This document shows, piece after piece, positions 59,629-64,000 of a stretch of DNA of 64,000 nt; the stretch's first letter is position 1, and every line of letters starts with the position of its first letter. The translations under genes were made by a program, and so were the position numbers. The notes beneath the pieces were generated by a model. That model did not search any database. It was not told the origin of the DNA and saw only the letters and a program-made list of their open reading frames with translations. The stretch lies in NCBI RefSeq assembly GCF_009914755.1, contig NC_060947.1; one strand, given 5' to 3'. This DNA is from the human T2T-CHM13v2.0 reference genome, Homo sapiens.

Positions 59629-60307
59629 CTCTTACAGCCTGGGACCTTGAAGAGATATAGAGCAGAGTCCCCCACCCCTGCCACAAGTTGGATTTGGGGG
59701 ATTTTTGTTACTGAAGCCTAATGTAGTCTAGCCTGACAGATACAAGAGTATACCACCTTACATTTCTAAAATCTGAAAGATCCTGAGTTCTGAAACATAA
59801 ATCACTTAGGGTTTCAGATAAGAGATTATGGATCTTTACTTGAATATTTGAATCAGGATATGTTCCCCTAAGAAAAATTGAACTGTGTCATTACTGTGAG
59901 TACAGCTATTTCCTGAAAAGAGTTAACTAGCCTCTGAGCAACATCATCTGGATTGAGCTCTTGGAAGTCAGGGACTGTCTCATGTATCTTGGCAGCCTCA
60001 ATGCTTGATATAAAGCGAACACTTAGTAAATAGGTGCTAAACAAAATGGGTGGCATAAAGACAGTTCCTGAAATGTGAGTCTTCAGGGCAAAAAGCAAAG
60101 AAAGAGAACATAAGAGGTGAAGGCAAAAGTTATCTATTCCAGCTACTTCACAATTTGCCTTGTTTAAATAATGAACTGGAGTCAGGGCAAACCCTGTTTG
60201 AAAGGACAGTATAGTGGCTGTAAATAAATGCTTATGGAGTGGAGATGAGGACTAACTGGGGTCATTTGAACACGTAAGGCTCTTAGCATGGAATTCATTT
60301 ATACTTA

Positions 60308-60688
<381 letters not shown>

Positions 60689-60753
60689 CTATATAAGAGA
60701 AGGCAATTGCCTAACACTAACATTTTCAAACTGGGCTTTACTGTGTTCTTTGG

Positions 60754-61105
60754 TGTTGTGGACTGAATGTTTGTGTGCCTCCCTCCCCTAATTCAGACGT
60801 TGAAACCCTAATCCCCAATGTGATGCTATTAAGAGGTGAGGTGTTTGGGAGTTAATTAGGTTATGAGGGTGGAGTCCTCATGAATGGGATTAGTGCCCTT
60901 ATATGAGGGGCCCTAGGGAGATCTTTTGCTCTCTTTTTGCTATTTAAGAATGCAACCCAGAAGCAAGCCCTCACCAGAGTCCAAACTTGTTGGCACCCTG
61001 ATCTTGGAATTTCAGCCTCCAGAACTGTGAAAAAATACATTTCTGTTGCTTGTAAGTCACCTAGTCTATGATGCATTGTTACAGCAGCCCAAGATAACTG
61101 AGACA
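60754..61105 (+). mobile_element. MLT1A-like solo LTR
   Basis: 'tgttgtggactgaatgtttgtg...cagcctccagaactgtgaaaaaatacatttctg...aactgagaca'. Confidence 0.8.
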
Positions 61106-62544
61106 TAGGGACTCTGAAGCACCTTTTTAGTTCCCCTAGGCTGGGGAATGTCAGAGCTCTTGGAAAGGGGAAGGGGAAGGGCCTGACCTAGCAATGCCTG
61201 CTTCAACCTTAACCACTCTGCCTTACTGCCATCACATATTAGCATCTGATTAGGATTTTCTTTGAAAAAAAGGTCCTGTGGATAAAAGGAATCTTGAAAG
61301 CCATTTGAAAAATATATTTTAGAAAGATCTTCAGCAGCAATTGTTGAAAACCAAGGCTTTTTGATACATTTTATTTTAAAATAAAATAAATTAGTAACTG
61401 ACTCATAAATCCTGGTATTCTGGCCAATTAAGATTTTAATGTAGCATCTTGAGATAACATTTGAAAAAAATATGCAATGCTCTGGCAGTCATGAGCATAT
61501 ATATCCTTACATTTTCCCTGCCTCCTCAAAAACCAAAAGATAGATATTTGTAGGTTAATCACATGAGGGCTTTGCTTAGCTAGAATTTAATGAGATGTTC
61601 CTTAAAGCTCCTAGAATCTTCTTCTTGGCTCATGAATTAGTGGCTCTGAAGGGCACAGGTTATTAGTGTGTTCTGACTTAAGGCAAAATTAGAGACTTGG
61701 AGAAGAGGCTGTTACATGGATTCCATTTTCATGGTCCTATTAATGTGGCGAATGTAATGCCACTGAGTAACATTGGCTCAGTGTGGATTTAGGACTGTGT
61801 GGTGTCTGGTGCATGTATACAAGATGGCCGTTCCCTTATGAACTGACTGGTTCATGTAGTCTCACACAAGAAGGTGCTTTTCTTACTCACCTTTCCTCCC
61901 CACTGGGGCTTCAAGGATTCCTATTTTGAGAGTCTTGTGGGGAAAACAAAAAAGAAACTTGAAACTTCCTGAGCATGTGTCTGTCCAGAAGTAAAAGAGG
62001 GAGGAGGACTGCTTAGAACAGCTAATCTTAAGTTGGAGACATTCAGAAGGTGGCAAGTTTCCAAAGACAAGTCTGATTGTTTCAAAATTTTGGCAAGAGT
62101 GAACCCTGCAAAAGTGTGTATATGTGTGTGTGTATGTGTATACGCATGTGTTGGTAAGGGGAGGTAGAAGTGGGAAGTGGAATGTTTTTCCTTTTTTTCT
62201 TTTCTCCTATCTGGAATGTCTCTGATTCCCAGGATTTTCAAGTGAGACCAAGCTGGTTGCTTCAATAGGTGGTGATCACACTGACCCAGAAGCCTGAGTA
62301 GGGCAAGTGGGCTGTGGCTTGGCAGAATCTGGGGCTCCTCTACTTGCCAGTGAGTTGCCCGATGGTTGAGACAATGTCAAATTCAACTTTTAGACTCCCA
62401 GAAGGTGCTCAGTTGTTTTTGGTTTTTTTAGATTATATAACTATTTTGCAATTAATAAAATTGTATATGTTAAAGGTGTTCAACATGCTGCCTTGATATA
62501 CATATACATAGTGAAATAATTACTAATGGTCAACCAAATTAACA

Positions 62545-62925
62545 TGTAATATGGTTTGGTTCTGTTTCTCCACCCAAATCTCACCCTGAATTGTAATCCC
62601 CATAATCCCCACGTGTCAAGGGTAAGACCAGGTGGAGGTAGTTGGATCATGGGGATGTTTTTTCCCATGCTGTTCTCATGATAGTGAGTGAGTTCTCAAG
62701 AAATCTGATGGTTTTATAACTGTCTGGCATTTTCCCTGATTGCACTCACTCTGTCCTGCCACCCTGTGAAGAAGGTGCCTGCTTCTCCTTTGCCTTCTGT
62801 CATGATTGTAAGTTTCCTGAGGCCTCCCCAGCAATGTGGAACTGTGAGTCAATTAAACCTTTTTCCTTTATAAATTACCCAGTCTTGGGTATTTCTTCAT
62901 AGCACTGTAAGAACAGACTATTACA
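62545..62925 (+). mobile_element. THE1/MST solo LTR inserted in a minus-strand L1MA 3' end (about 62430-63135)
   Basis: 'atatggtttggttctgtttctccacccaaatctcaccctgaattgtaatccc...gaacagactattaca'. Confidence 0.85.
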
Positions 62926-63209
62926 CAAGTACATTACCTCACTTAGTTAACTTTTTTGTTTGTTTGTTTGTTTGGTGAGAGCACCTGAAATGTACTCTCT
63001 TAGAAAATTTCCAGTATACAACACAGTATTATTAATTAGATTCCTCATGTTGGACCTTAGATCTCCAGACTTATTCATTCTACGTAACTGAAACTTTGTA
63101 CTCTTTGACCAGCATCTCTGCATTTCTCCCTTGTAACTATTAAAGCCTCCTTTATTTCTTTTTAAAAATTGAGATATCATTTACATGCCATAAATTCACC
63201 CTTTTAAAA

Positions 63210-64000
63210 CATACATGCAGCCAACAAGCATATTTAAAAAGCTCAACATCACTGATCATTAGAGAAGTGCAAATCAAAAGCACAATGAGATACCATCTCA
63301 CACCAGTCAGAATGGTTATTATTAAAAAGTCAAGGCTGGGCGCAGTGGCTCACATCTGTAATCCCAGCCCTTTGGGAGGCCGAGGCATGTGGATTACCTG
63401 AAGTTAGGAGTTCTCGACCAGCCTGGCCAACATGGTGAAACCCTGTCTTTACTAAAAATACAAAAAATTAGCCAGATGTGGTGGCACACACCTATAATCC
63501 CAGCTACTCAGGAGACTGAGGCAGGAGAATTGCTTGAACCTGGGAGGCGGAGGTTGCAGTGAGCCTAGATTGCGTCATTACACTCCAGCCTTGGCAACAA
63601 GAGTGAAACTCCATCTCAAAAAAAAAAAAAAAAAAAAAGGAAAAAAACAACAGATGCTGGCAACATTTCAGAGAAAAGAAAATGCTTATACACTATTGGT
63701 GGGAATGTAAATTAATTCAGCCATGGTGGAAAACAGTGTGGTGATTCCTTGAAAACCTAAAAACAGAAATACCATTCGACCCAGCAATCCCATTACTGGT
63801 TACATACCCCCCAAAAATATGTCATTCCACCATAAAGACACATGCACATGTATGTTCGTCACAGCACTATTCACAATAGCAAAGACATGGAATCAACCTA
63901 AGAGCCTGTCAATGATAGACTGGATAAAGAAAATGTGGTATCTGCATACCATGGAATACTATGCAGCCATAAAAAAGAATGAGATTATGTCCTTTGCAGG
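63210..64000 (+). mobile_element. Old L1PA ORF2 C-terminal fragment interrupted by an AluS (63334-63638)
   Basis: 'acaatgagataccatctcacaccagtcagaatgg' continues after the Alu as 'aacaacagatgctggc'. Confidence 0.85.

Overview
Primate, almost certainly human, genomic DNA dominated by interspersed repeats (Alu, L1, L2, MIR, MaLR/ERVL LTRs, hAT and Tigger DNA elements), with no recognisable host protein-coding exons. Main points: (1) A full-length L1HS of the Ta-1d subfamily on the minus strand (47855-53874) has intact ORF1, ORF2 and ORF0. Its 14-bp target-site duplication also encloses a 174-bp 3' transduction (47654-47827) from a parent locus. (2) A non-repeat island at about 12.45-13.6 kb (minus) looks like a two-exon gene of the X-linked SPANX/SPANX-N/VCX promoter family. 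It has a TATA box, an open 49-codon exon 1, a GT-AG intron, a disabled exon 2 and tandem AATAAA; the ORF track does not show it. (3) A decayed full-length older L1PA (about 35.06-41.82 kb) sits inside an MST LTR and carries a THE1 LTR. Subfamily names and cross-family similarities come from my memory of consensus sequences, not from searches, and the boundaries of old repeats are approximate.
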